64,000 nt of DNA from Phyllobates terribilis (GCF_046119375.1 NW_027362767.1:256494001-256558000); one strand, 5' to 3'; numbered from the stretch's first letter, positions 35,435-48,243 are shown. Notes: a model not told the origin generated them from the letters alone. Made by a program: numbers and translations.

Positions 35435-36493
35435 NNNNNNNNNNNNNNNNNNNNNNNNNNNNNNNNNNNNNNNNNNNNNNNNNNNNNNNNNNNNNNNNNN
35501 NNNNNNNNNNNNNNNNNNNNNNNNNNNNNNNNNNNNNNNNNNNNNNNNNNNNNNNNNNNNNNNNNNNNNNNNNNNNNNNNNNNNNNNNNNNNNNNNNNNN
35601 NNNNNNNNNNNNNNNNNNNNNNNNNNNNNNNNNNNNNNNNNNNNNNNNNNNNNNNNNNNNNNNNNNNNNNNNNNNNNNNNNNNNNNNNNNNNNNNNNNNN
35701 NNNNNNNNNNNNNNNNNNNNNNNNNNNNNNNNNNNNNNNNNNNNNNNNNNNNNNNNNNNNNNNNNNNNNNNNNNNNNNNNNNNNNNNNNNNNNNNNNNNN
35801 NNNNNNNNNNNNNNNNNNNNNNNNNNNNNNNNNNNNNNNNNNNNNNNNNNNNNNNNNNNNNNNNNNNNNNNNNNNNNNNNNNNNNNNNNNNNNNNNNNNN
35901 NNNNNNNNNNNNNNNNNNNNNNNNNNNNNNNNNNNNNNNNNNNNNNNNNNNNNNNNNNNNNNNNNNNNNNNNNNNNNNNNNNNNNNNNNNNNNNNNNNNN
36001 NNNNNNNNNNNNNNNNNNNNNNNNNNNNNNNNNNNNNNNNNNNNNNNNNNNNNNNNNNNNNNNNNNNNNNNNNNNNNNNNNNNNNNNNNNNNNNNNNNNN
36101 NNNNNNNNNNNNNNNNNNNNNNNNNGGCTGTAGATACGCGGTGTATCCTGTGTCTGCCTGTGTGCTCTGCTCCCCTTACCTGGCTCTTGGGGATGGAGAT
36201 TTTGTTCTCATATTATAGCAGACTATCAGGGTTTTGTGATACATTATTTGTTTGTTATTTTTGTTTGATGTTTTTTTTCCACTTTATTTTTTTACTAGAA
36301 ACGTTGTGTATATATATTTGTAATTCTCTGTTGTAGTAGTTGTGTAGCGGGGTCTCTGGCCTGTGTGGCTTGTGAGGGGCCGCTAGCTCAGGGCATTGGC
36401 GTTAGCTTCTGCAGACAGCTGAAACATTTTTACTAAATAGCCAAAGAAAAATCAGAGCCCTGGCATCGTCACATCATAGAGTTACATCTGTGT

Positions 36494-37006
36494 AGGCCAG
36501 ATTCAGACGGCCGTATATTCTCTCATCCAAGAGAATCAGGCCGATTATGCTAATCACACTCCCACCAGAGTGCTGGGGCCATGTGACTGCCCGTGTGGTC
36601 AGAGTGCCAGCGCCGTGTGACCGCAATGTGATCAGAGTGCCAGCGCCGTGTGATCAGAGTGTGATCCAATTCTCTCAGATGGGAAGATAGAGAAAAACAA
36701 TGTCTCCCATCTTCTCTATTCTGTCAGTCTGTGGAAATCTGACCATACTCAGATGTCATCCAAGTGCGGTTTGATGGATTCCACAGACTCATTGATCTAT
36801 TGATTTGCATGGCCAAGTGCAATCCGGCTATCAGAGGAAATTAACGCATGCAGCGTTTTTTGTTTTGTTTTGTTCCCCCCCCCCCCCTCGGACAAACACT
36901 GTCTTAGACATGTACAAGGCTGCATAATATGACACTGGTCCGAGTGCGATCCGATGTTTTGTCAGATCACATTCGGACAGACATGACGCTGGTGTGAGTG
37001 AACCCT
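36494..37006. mobile_element. Degenerate Harbinger-like MITE
   Basis: Ends aggccagattcagacggc / gctggtgtgagtgaaccct, internal gcatgcagcgttttt; family call is inference. Confidence 0.4.
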
Positions 37007-37675
37007 AATAATAATGGAGGTCAGTAAGGGAAGATCCGCACATCTATCTGCGAATCAATATGACGAGAGCACAAATAAGGTTCAGATATCACATTGCTGT
37101 TAATGATGTAAAAGGTGCGAGAGCATCAAAAAGGCCGGTGCGCTAATCCGCATGTTACATGATCCAGAAACTCAAAGGGTTTGTGTGAGATCAGTTTAGT
37201 CAGTTGTCAGAACAAACAACCGCGGTTCTTAAACCTCACACACAAAGTAATAGGCATCATTTGCGATTCACTATCCCGACTCATGTCCGTTTTCTGACTT
37301 TTTTTTTTTAGACATAATAAACCATTTTTTATTTGTAAAGAGTTTTTTCTTTGTATTTAACATTTTAAACATTTTTTTTCAAGAGGTTTAAGAAAAAAAA
37401 TTAGTGAGTGATGCAATGTAATTATATAATAAAAGACCCAGCATGTCATCTCCGGGGGTCCTAGCTGTTCTCTGCTAATGATTTACTGTGTACACACTTT
37501 ACTGCTGCGGCCAATCACTGGCTTGTGTTGTCCAGGGGCTGATGGGGTGCAAGATGGAGCCCCTGTCCCGACTCTGTGTGATTGCTTTAGATACCAATAT
37601 CGCCTGCAGTTTCATATGTACAGAGTGTGGTGAATTGATCTACCCCCTTGGTGGCAGACTCCGTATATCAGCCTA

Positions 37676-37878
37676 AGGCCACGGCCCCACTATCAGTATT
37701 TGGTCAGTAGTCGTCAGTATTTTTCTCAGGAGTGGGAGGCAAAACCAGGAGTCGGTGATAAATGCCGAATTGGTGACTTGTTTCTATTATACCTTTTCTC
37801 TGATTGTTCCTCACCTGGTTTTGGCTCCCGCTCCTGAGATAAAATACTGACCAAATACTGATAGTGGGGTCTTGGCCT
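37676..37878. mobile_element. MITE of about 200 bp
   Basis: TIR aggccacggccccactatcagtatttggtcag / ctgaccaaatactgatagtggggtcttggcct with TA(A) flanks. Confidence 0.7.
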
Positions 37879-38061
37879 AAGGGCCATGTTTCCATTGTTG
37901 CAGACGACATTACCACCATGTGGGTCATGTTCACACTTCACTCATTGCTGGTGCAGATATTGGCAGATCTGTTCTCCATGGACGGTTCAGTCTTTGTGAT
38001 GTGAATGCCACAGTCTGATGATCTCCTTTATCCCCAGCAGGTGTAACACTCAGGACACAAT

Positions 38062-38362
38062 ATGGCTCCAGACACAGGATCTCCTGTCCCTCATCCTTTC
38101 TGGCCCCGGGATCTCCAGATCGATGGCTACCGTCCCAATGACCGGCCAGTGTCCGAGATCTTGATCTTCTTGTTCTCAGTGTCTGGGTTTCTGCTGGTCG
38201 TGACTTGGTTCCTGACCGGTCGGGTGACTGGTATGAGCGCCCCGCGCCGCCTGGGTGTCTGCTGGTTCATGGTCTGTGGTTTCATTCATAGCGTCATTGA
38301 AGGCTGGTTTGCCTTCTACTACCCAGTGATCCCCAAGGACCAGGCGTTCCTGTCACAGCTGT
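38062..38362 (+). CDS. EBP: EBP first coding exon
   Basis: NAGNAG acceptor (ccccagcag|) at 38037/38040, ATG at 38062, |gtaaga donor. Confidence 0.93.
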
Positions 38363-39899
38363 GTAAGAATGGGATGGGGTCCTGAGTCGTATCCGTGTTT
38401 GCTAAGACTAGGTGACAGCCGTTATGGGGGCTATTGCAACTCTGGGAAGGCATTAACAAGCTGCCCTGGAATGACAATTCTGCCCATGTATCAGCACCGC
38501 GTCTCCTGCTCCATCGTCATTGTCTTATCACTTGTCACCATTTTATCTCTCTCTCCAGGGAAAGAATATGGGAAAGGTGACAGTCGGTACATGATGTGAG
38601 TATCATCCTCTGGTGGCAATATCTTAATTAGTAAATATGTCTAAATGTAACTTCTGTCTGCCCTGATGTTTTAGGCTGAAGGCGGGAGCTAATAGAGGGG
38701 TGTTGCGAGGTGGAGACCCCCATTATGATGTCCATTGCGCCCTAATAAAACATAAAGGCTCCTGTTGTACTGATAGCACATACCCGGAGGCTGATCTTTT
38801 TGTTGTGATGGGTTATAGTTGTGCATTATTAGCGGACTCTTTTTTTTTGTGTGAGGCCTTTATATGTGCAGTTTACCGGGGTTCTCTATTCACCTGGGAA
38901 TAATTCTCTCTCCAATAACCTGGGTCTACAGTCCAAGCAGAGAAGGGACTATGAGATTTGGCAGTGCCCAAACTACTTTCTGCTTTATTAATTAGATTTT
39001 CCAAAAATGCATTTGGCTGGAGAAGCATTAAGAGCTTTCTGACCTGCCCTTGTGTAGCCCTGGTGTAAGATTGTGAGACTTCAGTCCTCTGTCTGCACTG
39101 TTTTCTTGCAGAGGTGATAACTTCACAGTCTGCATGGAGACCATCACAGCGGCGGCATGGGGACCACTGAGCGTCTGGACTGTGATCTCCTTCCTGCGGA
39201 ACAAGCCCTATCGCTTTGTGCTGCAACTGATAGTGTCACTTGGTAAGAAGTAGTAGACATTTAATACCTGAAAGTTAGAAATATATATATCTGTGTATAT
39301 GGGTTCTACTATACAAACTGTTGTCTCCCAATAATCTAAAGTGGCCTAGAAAATGCTATTTCACTAGAGTGGAGATAAGCGGCATCAACAGCGTGCGCTC
39401 CGCTAATCTCCATGAACAAATAAGCCAGCCCTGGATTATATGGGGTTATCTCCAGCATGAGACACTGAGGACTATTAGACTGTTCCCATAGACATTGGAC
39501 CGGTCATTTCCACACCCAGATGATTAATTTTATGTAAACCAGCATGTAGGCCACCTGCAATGTCCATACAATGATTGCTGCAGACCCTGCCAGCCTGACG
39601 CTGCCAGGAGCCCCCAGACATTATGGTGGCATTGTACTTCCAGGGATCGTCTGACCCTTCTCTCCGTGTCCACAGGGCAGCTGTACGGGGATGTCCTCTA
39701 CCTCTACACTGAGTATCGGGACGGATTCATTCACAGCGAGAAGTGGCACCCCATTTACTTTTGGTTCTACTTTGTCTTCATGAATGCGCTGTGGATCATC
39801 TTTCCATCTATCCTCATCGTGGACTCGTGGATCAACCTGAGCAAGTCACAATCCACAGCCGACAGGACCAGATCCACGGGCAAGACAAAAAGGAACTGA
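38062..39899 (+). CDS. EBP: 3-beta-hydroxysteroid-delta8,delta7-isomerase (emopamil-binding protein), 693 nt = 230 aa
   Basis: Exons 38062-38362, 38559-38595, 39112-39242 and 39676-39899; [32 protein letters not shown] and [12 protein letters not shown] motifs; C-terminal KxKxx ER-retrieval signal. Confidence 0.97.
38559..38595 (+). CDS. EBP: EBP 37-nt exon
   Basis: ctccag| acceptor and |gtgagt donor. Confidence 0.93.
39112..39242 (+). CDS. EBP: EBP 131-nt exon
   Basis: ttgcag| acceptor and |gtaaga donor. Confidence 0.93.
39676..39899 (+). CDS. EBP: EBP last coding exon
   Basis: ccacag| acceptor, TGA at 39897-39899. Confidence 0.93.
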
Positions 39900-40103
39900 A
39901 TGTTGGCAATGGAGTATGATGCCGCATTACTATGACATGAGGCTGGGGTATAACATCAGATATAACATTTAAAATAATGGCGATGTCTTTGGAAACCAGA
40001 TTTCTGCTTTCGTCCTGCATGTTAGTTGGAATCTGATTGCTGTGGGAAGTCACATTTTACTTATAGTCCAGACTTTTATATTCACTTTTATGCTTAATTA
40101 TCA

Positions 40104-41660
40104 TTCGTAGAATCATAGAATGGTAGAGTTGGAGGGGACCTCCTGGGTCATCTGGTCCAACCCCCTGCTCAAAGCAGGATTCACTAGATCATCTCAGACA
40201 GATGTCTGTCCAGCCTCTGTTTGAAGACGTCCATTGAAGGGGAACTCACCACCTCTCGTGGCAGCCTGTTCCACTCATTAATCACCCTAACTGTCAAAAA
40301 GTTTTTTCTAATATCTAATCTGTGTCTCCTCCCATTCAGTTTCATCCCATTGCTTCTAGTTTTTCCATGTGCAAATGAGAATAAAGATGATCCTTCTACA
40401 ATGTGATAGGCCTTGAGATATTTGTAGACAGCTGTTAAGTCTCCTCTCAGTCTTCTTTTTTGCAAGCTAAACATTCCCAAATCCTGTAACCATTCCTCAT
40501 AGAACATGGTTTGCAGACCGGTCACCATTCTGGTCGCTCTTCTCTGAACTTGCTCCAGTTTGTCGATGTCTTTTTTAAAATGTGGTGCCCAAAACTGGAC
40601 GCAGTATTCCAGATGAGGACTGACCAAAGAGGAGTAAAGACCGATAATGACTTCACGTGATCTAGACTGTATGCTTCTGTTAATACATCCCAGAATTGTA
40701 TTTGCCTTTTTTGTTGCTGCATCACACTGTTGACTCATGTTCAGTCTATGATCTATTAGTATACCTAAGTCTTTTTCACATGTACTGTTGCTTAGCTCTA
40801 TTCCTCCCATTCTGTATATGCTTTTTTCATTTTTATTGCCCAGATGTAGTACTTTGCATTTTTCCCTGTTAAAAACCATTCTGTTGGTTGCTGCCCACTG
40901 CTCCAGTTTATTTAGGTCTTTCTGAATCCTCTCTCTCTCTTCTCTAGTATTAGCTATCCCTCCTAGCTTTGTGTCATCAGCAAATTTAATCAGTTTACCC
41001 TCAATTCCTTCATCTAAATCATTGATAAAGATGTTGAACAATACAGGTTCCAGGACAGAGCCCTGTGGTACCCCACTTGACACATTCATCCAACTGGATG
41101 TGAAGCCATTTACGACCACTCTTTGAGTCCGATCACTAAGCCAGTTATGAATCCACCTAACAGTTGCCTTGTTCATTCCATACTTGGTAATTTTTTCAAT
41201 AAGGATGGTGTGAGATGCTTTGCTGAAGTCAAGATATACTATATCTACAGCATTTCCCTGATCCACCCAGTCAGTGATTCTGTCGTAGAAGGAAATTAAG
41301 TTAGTCTGACATGACTTTTTAGTTACAAACCCATGCTGGCTCTGGTTAATCACTTAATTTTTATCCAGGTACTTACATACATGTTGTTTAATAATTTGTT
41401 CAAAGATCTTTCCTGGTATAGAAGTCAGACTCACCGGCCTATAGTTCCCTGGGTCCACCTTCTTCCCCTTTTTGAAGATAGGAACAACATTTGCTCTTCT
41501 CCAGTCTTCTGGGACTTCTCCTGTTCTCCAAGAATTTTCAAAGATTATGGAGAGTGGTTCTAAAATTTCTTCTACGATCTCCTTCAGTACTCTGGGGTGT
41601 AATTCCTCTGGACCTGGAGACTTGAACTCATTTATTTTAGCTAAATATTCCCTCACAATC
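40104..41660 (-). mobile_element. 5'-truncated CR1 LINE (reverse transcriptase region)
   Basis: ORFs 41354-41656 and 40184-41353 are in one frame separated by a single stop; NYRPVSLTS, YLDFSKA, PQGSVL and KFADDTK motifs; 3' attctatg-type repeat. Confidence 0.95.
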
Positions 41661-41844
41661 TCTCACTGTATATATGTAAGGTCCTGTGACTTTATGTTCA
41701 GATTTGCCATCATTTTTATTTTTAATTTTTTACAAAGGCATTTGTTTTATTGTGAACACCATTTTACAGTTTACATATAGATTTAATCTACCCAAGAGTC
41801 GCATTCTTTATTTTGAACTGATCCTTCGTTACTTCCTGTATTAT

Positions 41845-41975
41845 ACTATTATACTCCAGAGCTGCACTCACTATTCTGCTGGTGCAGTCACTGTGTACAT
41901 ACATTACATTACTTATCCTGTACTGATCCTGAATTACATCCTGTATTTTCCTCAAGAGCTGCACTCACTATTCTG
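41845..41975. repeat. Fragment of a dispersed tandem-repeat family
   Basis: ccagagctgcactcactattctgctg occurs twice; recognised from memory as an anuran repeat, unverified. Confidence 0.45.
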
Positions 41976-42750
41976 CTGTTATTGGAAACCGTCAACAAGA
42001 TTGTTATCAAACAGGCAAGCTCCTACAGTGGGACAGTAATGGGTTATTATTCACATTATATGAATGTTGACCGAACTCAATGATTTTGGTGGAACCACCC
42101 GACCACGTAATGTGTATAGGGGTCTCCTAACTCTGTCACAGTAGATGAGTCTGGGGAAAATAAGAATCGGGCATATTGAATTTCAATTTGCTGAATCCTT
42201 TTGTTCTTTAGGGAGTTGTCCCCTCGCTATTGAGAACACATGCACGCTCACCTGAGCTGATCATGCATGTATATAGGAAGGTTGAGAGGTAAATCTGTCA
42301 CAAGAACTAGGTGAGCTTCCCTGGCAGCCGGAGGCCAGACGGTGGCACCTGCCCACTGAGGTCCTATTTGTGGATATCAGGTTTTCCTGATTACTGGTGC
42401 GATCACTGGCTCGGTCTGTGATCCTGTATTTTTCGGTCCGATGCCACACAAACGCTGGTCTCTAGGACTGACGCCTCTTATCGGTCTTACAGAGCGATAC
42501 TGTCTCCTGACCTTTGTTTTCTGGTAATTCCAGGGCCGCGTCCTTGTCCCTTTTATCTCTGCTTATAGAGAGAATATGATAAGAGCGCTGTTATACAAAG
42601 TATAATATGTACAGGGTGATTGAATCGTCCTTTAATCTTGATCCTGATCTCTACAGACCCAGAATGAGGCACAGTGAATCTCTGTACAAGTGCCCCCCCA
42701 TACATGGTGCTGTGATCCTCCCAGCTGATCTGCCCATGTCATTATTAATT

Positions 42751-43189
42751 CTTTACTTAGCTGCTTTTTTCTTGCCATAATACAAATTCTAACAGTCTAT
42801 TCAGTAGGACTATCAGCTGTGTATCCACCTGACTTCTGCACAACACAACTGATGGTCCCAACCTCATTTATAATTCAAGAAATCCCACTTATTAAACCTG
42901 ACAGGGCACACCTGTGAAGTGAAAACCATTTCCGGTGACTACCTCTTGAAGCTCATCAAGAGAATGCCAAGAGTGTGCAAAGCAGTCATCAAAGCAAAAG
43001 GTGGCTACTTTGAAGAACCTAGAATATAAGACATATTTTCAGTTGTTTCACACTTTTTTAAGTATATAATTCCACATGTGGTAATTCATAGTTTTGATGC
43101 CTTCAGTGTGAATGTACAATTTTCAAAGTCATGAAAATACAGAAAAATCTTTAAATGAGAAGGTGTGTCCAAACTTTTGGTCTGTACTG
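42751..43189 (-). mobile_element. Terminal fragment of the same Tc1 family as 6739-8371 and 52597-54191
   Basis: Near-identical to 53750-54191; ends ggtctgtactg|TA. Confidence 0.9.
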
Positions 43190-44796
43190 TATATCAGATA
43201 TTTGATCTCGGTATATATCTTGATTTTTTTACTTATGTGTATTTATCAGATTTCAAAAACATCCAAGATATTACACTTCACCCTCAGATACTCGTGAGGA
43301 AATTATTTTTCTGATAATACACTTCAGTCTATTAGTATGCGCCTATATGTATATATATCAGAGTCCTAAGATATTGCACTTTGCCCTCAGATATTCATAA
43401 AAGAATTCAGTTCGTAACAGTACATTATTACATGCCTTTATAGACTTTAACAGCCACATAGATGCATCAGTATTGATATTATTGCATCTTGACCTCAATT
43501 CAGGTGACTATTAACATAATAACCCTGATCAAATTTCATACACTAGATCCCCTTTAAGGGGTTTTCTCATTGAATCAGATAACTCCCTACCCGGCGGCAC
43601 AGACACCGAGCTTTTATAAAAGATACTCTGCCCCCTCACTCTGCTGCGCAACCACGCTGGCCAATCATCCTTGCCCACACAATGGACCACAGATGCGGTT
43701 GCGTTCGCGTCAGCTGTTTGCCGGCTGTATTCTGGATTCCAGATGCTACAGAAAAGGTATCGAGGAAGCTTTAACCGTTCATGATCTGATGTTCTCAACT
43801 TGCTCTATTCTGAACAGTCATATCATTTAGTATTTAGACAGATCCTCCACATTTCATTATAGGCATGGCAATATAAATCCATATCTTGTTATGCTTGGGC
43901 AATATCAGATGTATATTATATCCCCAGTTTATCTAACCATTTAGGAACGTATATAAATCCTTTATCCTCTCTGTATGTCTATAAGTACATTTATTTATAT
44001 CAATTATATGAGCTTTCCAAATTAGCAAAAACCTACACACGGTCTGGTTATTATTACAGACGAAACTTATTGCTAAGCAAAAATGAAAACCAAAGTTATT
44101 AAGCTGAATATAAATGGATTTAAATGTTAAAAGCAAGCTGTAAAATATCATCCATAAGAGCAGTCAGCCACAACAGAGTTGAGTTGGTGTTCCGGCACTT
44201 ATAGTACAGAGAAGGATGTGCATATCACCCAGGAACAGTAGACCTGAGTTGACAGGTATGTGGCTATAGGAGATCTGGATGTGCGGATAGTACCCAGGTG
44301 TGTCTTGATTCCAGCGATCCATATGATGGCAGCATGCACTTGGTACCTGAATATTCAGGCCTGAGTCGGCCTTAAAGGCCTTAGATGATGACATCAGAGC
44401 TGTACACCCAATTATTATAGAAACCTGATGTGCTCTAGCACAGAGGGAGCTAGAAGTAAAGGAAGAAGGAAATAAAGCTTGGCGCTGGAGGTAGGACCAG
44501 GTGAGTTAACACAAACCTGGATCTCTATAGTGCTATAAGTTGGGTTTGGTCGAACTGTATGAGGTCTGAGTGTGAATCGAAGCACAGGCCACCTTCTGCT
44601 GCTGTAATCCAAGAATATTTGGGTTACAAAAGTGAGATGGTGCACCAGTAACGGGAAGATCAGTAAGCCTAACCTATTCTGATGTTCATGCAGATTGTCG
44701 CTTTGTGGTTTCAAGAGGCTGCTGAGATTTTTGCAGATTGTTGTATATGTACATGGTAGTTCTGCAGTAAAAATATGGAGAGTCATTGCTTTAGGC

Positions 44797-45122
44797 CAGG
44801 GGTGGGGAATCTTTTTTCGGCCAAGGGCCATTTGGATATGTATACCATCCTTCAGGGGCCATACGAATCGCACACTAACTCCACCCACAAAGTACATGCT
44901 GACGCTGGTGTCAGGACATAATCTTTCCTTGCATGCACCTCAGCGTTCAGTAGTGAACACTGCGTACATGTGCTCGCAGGGCAAGAAAAAATTAATGGGC
45001 CGACAGCTGTCAAGACATAACAGCCGGCCCAAGCACTGCGGTTCCTGGGAATCTACCCCGGGGCTGGCTAAAAGGTCATCGAGGGCCGCAAATGGCCGTG
45101 GGCCTGAGGTTTCCCTCCCCTG
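44797..45122. mobile_element. Non-autonomous hAT element
   Basis: CAGGGG...CCCCTG ends, perfect 8-bp TSD ctttaggc. Confidence 0.9.
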
Positions 45123-45339
45123 CTTTAGGCTATGTGCAGACTAAGGCTTCATTCTGCCATCTCTGAAATACGATCCCTGTACGGACTGGCTGTGGGTCTC
45201 CCAATCCGAACTCAAGGGCCTCTTATGTCTTAGGCTGTCAACTTCGGGTCAGAAGACCCGCGGCTACTCTATGCATTGAGGTCCCTATATGGACAGTGTC
45301 TCTCGGATGTCTGAGGGTGGCATGTGTCATATCCAGATG

Positions 45340-45660
45340 ATGCCAGGACCTGAGGTTTCCCAATAAAACATTGCCCCATCACACTGCCTCTGCCAGCTTG
45401 TTTCTCTTCCCATAATACATACTGGTGCTGTCTCATCACCAGATAAATGATTCACCTAGCCGCCCACATGATGTAAAATGTGATTCATCTGACTATTGCA
45501 CCATGGTCCAGTAATGATGCATAAATGCCCATTTGTGCTACTGTAGCTCATGTGTGGGATCGGACTAGATGGGCCCACAGACAATAATGAGCCTTGGGTG
45601 CCCATGACCCTGTCACTGGTTGTCCGTTTATGGAACATGTTTGGAAGGTAATAAGCACTG
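45340..45660 (-). mobile_element. Highly degenerate Tc1 fragment
   Basis: Remnants such as aacattgccccatcacactgcctc and gtgattcatctgac; boundaries approximate. Confidence 0.4.
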
Positions 45661-46630
45661 CTTCAGAAAAATCCCATAAGACCTGTCATATACCGGGAAC
45701 AATCCACAAGACCTGCTGCATACCGGGAACACCCCACAAGTGCCGTTATACAGAGGAACACCACACAACGAATACAGCGGAATACTCCTCAAGACCCGCC
45801 GCATACTGGGAACACTCCACAATTTCTGCAGTATACTGGGAACACCCCACAAGTGCTGCTATATAGAGAGGAACATCTCACAAAACCCGCCGTAAAGCAT
45901 GAACACCTTCTAAGACCCGTCATATACAGGGAACACCTTATAGGATCTGCCGCATATCAAAAATACCTCAGAAGAGCTGCCATATACTGAGGAAACCAGG
46001 GCTGTGGAGTCGGTATAAAATGGACCGACTACTAAAATATATAATACATTGGGTTCACTAGTTAAGTGCAGGATGTGCTGTAAATGTTTTCATAAGAATT
46101 TGGGAAAGTTATGAAATGTCCTATAAATGTCTGTTCTGTTCCTGATCTAAGGATCTTGGCTTTTAGTTGAGATGAATCTGTGCTGCACTTTATGTACACG
46201 CTCAGTAGTGAGGAGTCGAGAGTCAGGGAAATTGAGGAGTCTGAGTCGATGATTTGGCTTACCGACTCCACAGCCCTGGAAGAAACCCCACAAGATCTGT
46301 TGTATACTAGACAGAACCCACAAGACCCATCATATACTGAAAATACCCCACAAGAATTGTATACTGGAACACACAAGTCCTGCCATCTACTAGGACAAGT
46401 TCTGCTGTATACCGGGACCACCCCACAAGTTCTGCCATATACCGGGAACACCCGACAAAACCCTCTTTTTACCAAGAATACCCCACAAGACACAGCGTAT
46501 ACCAGGATCACCCCACAAGAACTGTCGTATACTGGAAACACCCACAAGACCGACTGTTTACCAAGAACATCCCACGAGTTCTTCCATTTACTAAGAATAC
46601 CCCACAAGACCTGTCGTATTCTGGTATCAC
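45660..46630. repeat. Degenerate tandem repeat of about 38 bp, interrupted by a hAT MITE
   Basis: Recurring gtatactgggaacaccccacaagacctgcc-like units. Confidence 0.7.
45997..46278. mobile_element. hAT-type MITE (cagggctgtggagtc family)
   Basis: TIR cagggctgtggagtcgg / ccgactccacagccctg; TSD gaggaaac / gaagaaac. Confidence 0.85.
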
Positions 46631-46649
46631 CCTAATGGGTGGGTGTATG

Positions 46650-46652
<3 letters not shown>

Positions 46653-46716
<64 letters not shown>
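46653..46716. repeat. (TA)n microsatellite
   Basis: About 32 TA units. Confidence 0.95.
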
Positions 46717-46719
<3 letters not shown>

Positions 46720-46842
46720 CAACATATTCTAATATGTTGAGTTTTAACACCTTCAAACCTTTGGTGAATGTACTGTAATATATTTGCATATATAGCAATC
46801 CCCTGTGTAGTACTATAGAGAACTGCTTTATGGACAGATTTA

Positions 46843-47416
46843 TGTGACATAAAGCCGTGAGACAGGGTAGTCAGGAGGTCCAAGGTCAGATGCCAGGAGG
46901 GCTCGTAGTACAGAGTTGCAAGACAAAGGTGTGGTCAGGTAACAGTCCGGGGTCAAATGCCAGGAGGAAACGTCAAGATAGAGGGATAAGAGAAACGGAT
47001 AGTCAGAGGCTAAATCCGGGGTCTGGTACATGAGGTCAGAGAGTGTCAAGAGCAAAAGGTATAATACACATGAATAGTCAAGACAAATACAAGGTCTGGC
47101 AACATAGATCAGGATATCAGATACTGCGCACACAGAGCACTGAGGACAACTACAACTGACAATGGTCTGCTCATAGCTAGTCAGTTAAATAGCTAGTGAA
47201 TTTTCAAGAACCTGGAGGAACGCTCGCAGGCTAGGCCAGATTGAGCAGCAGGTCTGTCAATCAAAATATTGGCAGCCCAGCACGCCCCGGCCTCAGATTG
47301 GAGAACTGGGCTGTCACTCACCATACTGACAGTCCAGCACACTCCACATCCTATAGGGCGGCTGAGCTGTCACCCATAGCGTCCCTAAGCCACAGTGAGT
47401 GATGAAAGCGTGACCA
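46843..47416 (-). mobile_element. Possible solo LTR
   Basis: TG...CA ends (tgtgaca / gcgtgacca), near-TSD attta / attca. Confidence 0.45.
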
Positions 47417-47485
47417 ATTCATTGCATCCTGTGTAATATTAGAGGATAATAACAGGGATTATGTCCGTGCTTTATTTTAGCACAC

Positions 47486-47765
47486 ATGAAGGACTTGGCA
47501 CTCCAATGTATTTGTAAATATTAGGAATATCTATCTAAAATAAGCAATAACGTTTTGGCATTTCATGAGAAACAGACTGCAGGGTATAATAGAAAATCTA
47601 TACAAAAAAGAATTCTGAGAGCAGCGTTTATTATTTAGGGTGATGGCAATCTGTTTCTGACGAAGGCCTGACAAAAGGAGAAACGTTATCTTTATATACA
47701 GGGGATTGCTTTTTTTGATAAATATTCCTAATATCTGCATCTACTTTGGAGTGCCAAGGCCTTCA
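47486..47765. mobile_element. Degenerate inverted-repeat relic with a hammerhead-like core
   Basis: atgaaggacttggcactccaa / ttggagtgccaaggccttcat arms; CUGACGA...GAAACGUU at 47657-47687. Confidence 0.4.
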
Positions 47766-47979
47766 TCTGTATTCTACCTGGAGTGGAATCCGACTGGAGC
47801 TCCCACCCATTAGCAATGGCCGCAGCTCTAGGTCTATGTGCTTTATTTTAGGTGATACATTACTACAGCCCTGCCCCTTTATCAGTGATTGCTGGGGCAG
47901 AATGACAGGGCTCATAACAATGAGTAAGATCAGTCTGAAGGGAGGGAGAGAGCGGCGTGAGAGGACGTGATGCGTGTCC

Positions 47980-48192
47980 CTCCTGCAGGAGCCATCTTGT
48001 CGTAGTCTGTGGAGCATAATGAAGAGCATGGAGTACACACAAACATGGCGGCTGCAGGGAGTGCACGTGACGGCAGGGGAGCGCGCTCTAGTAGTGGAGG
48101 GCGGGATGGAATCTTACGGGCTGTAGATGACGTCATTCCCGGATGTTCTCCAGATTGAGGAGCAGCGGCAGCGGAGGAGGGAGGCCCGGGAC
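47980..48192 (+). promoter_or_regulatory. TBC1D25 CpG-rich promoter and 5' UTR
   Basis: YY1-like GCCATCTTG (47991) and AACATGGCGGC (48042), CACGTGAC (48064), full CRE TGACGTCA (48128). Confidence 0.65.
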
Positions 48193-48243
48193 ATGGAGAT
48201 GGAGGAGGAGGAGGAACGGGAGGTGGTGCGAGTCCGGGTCCGG
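48193..48243 (+). CDS. TBC1D25: TBC1D25 exon 1
   Basis: gacATGg Kozak context, CGG|gtgagt donor; upstream in-frame ATG at 48127 is less likely. Confidence 0.8.

Noticed and set aside
34666-36336. ORFs of 420-556 aa
   Set aside because: Artefacts of N runs plus GT repeats
48127-48192. Upstream in-frame ATG as the TBC1D25 start
   Set aside because: It overlaps the CRE in the promoter and has a weaker context; the ATG at 48193 has a strong Kozak context and precedes the conserved EEEEREVV segment. Not fully excluded.
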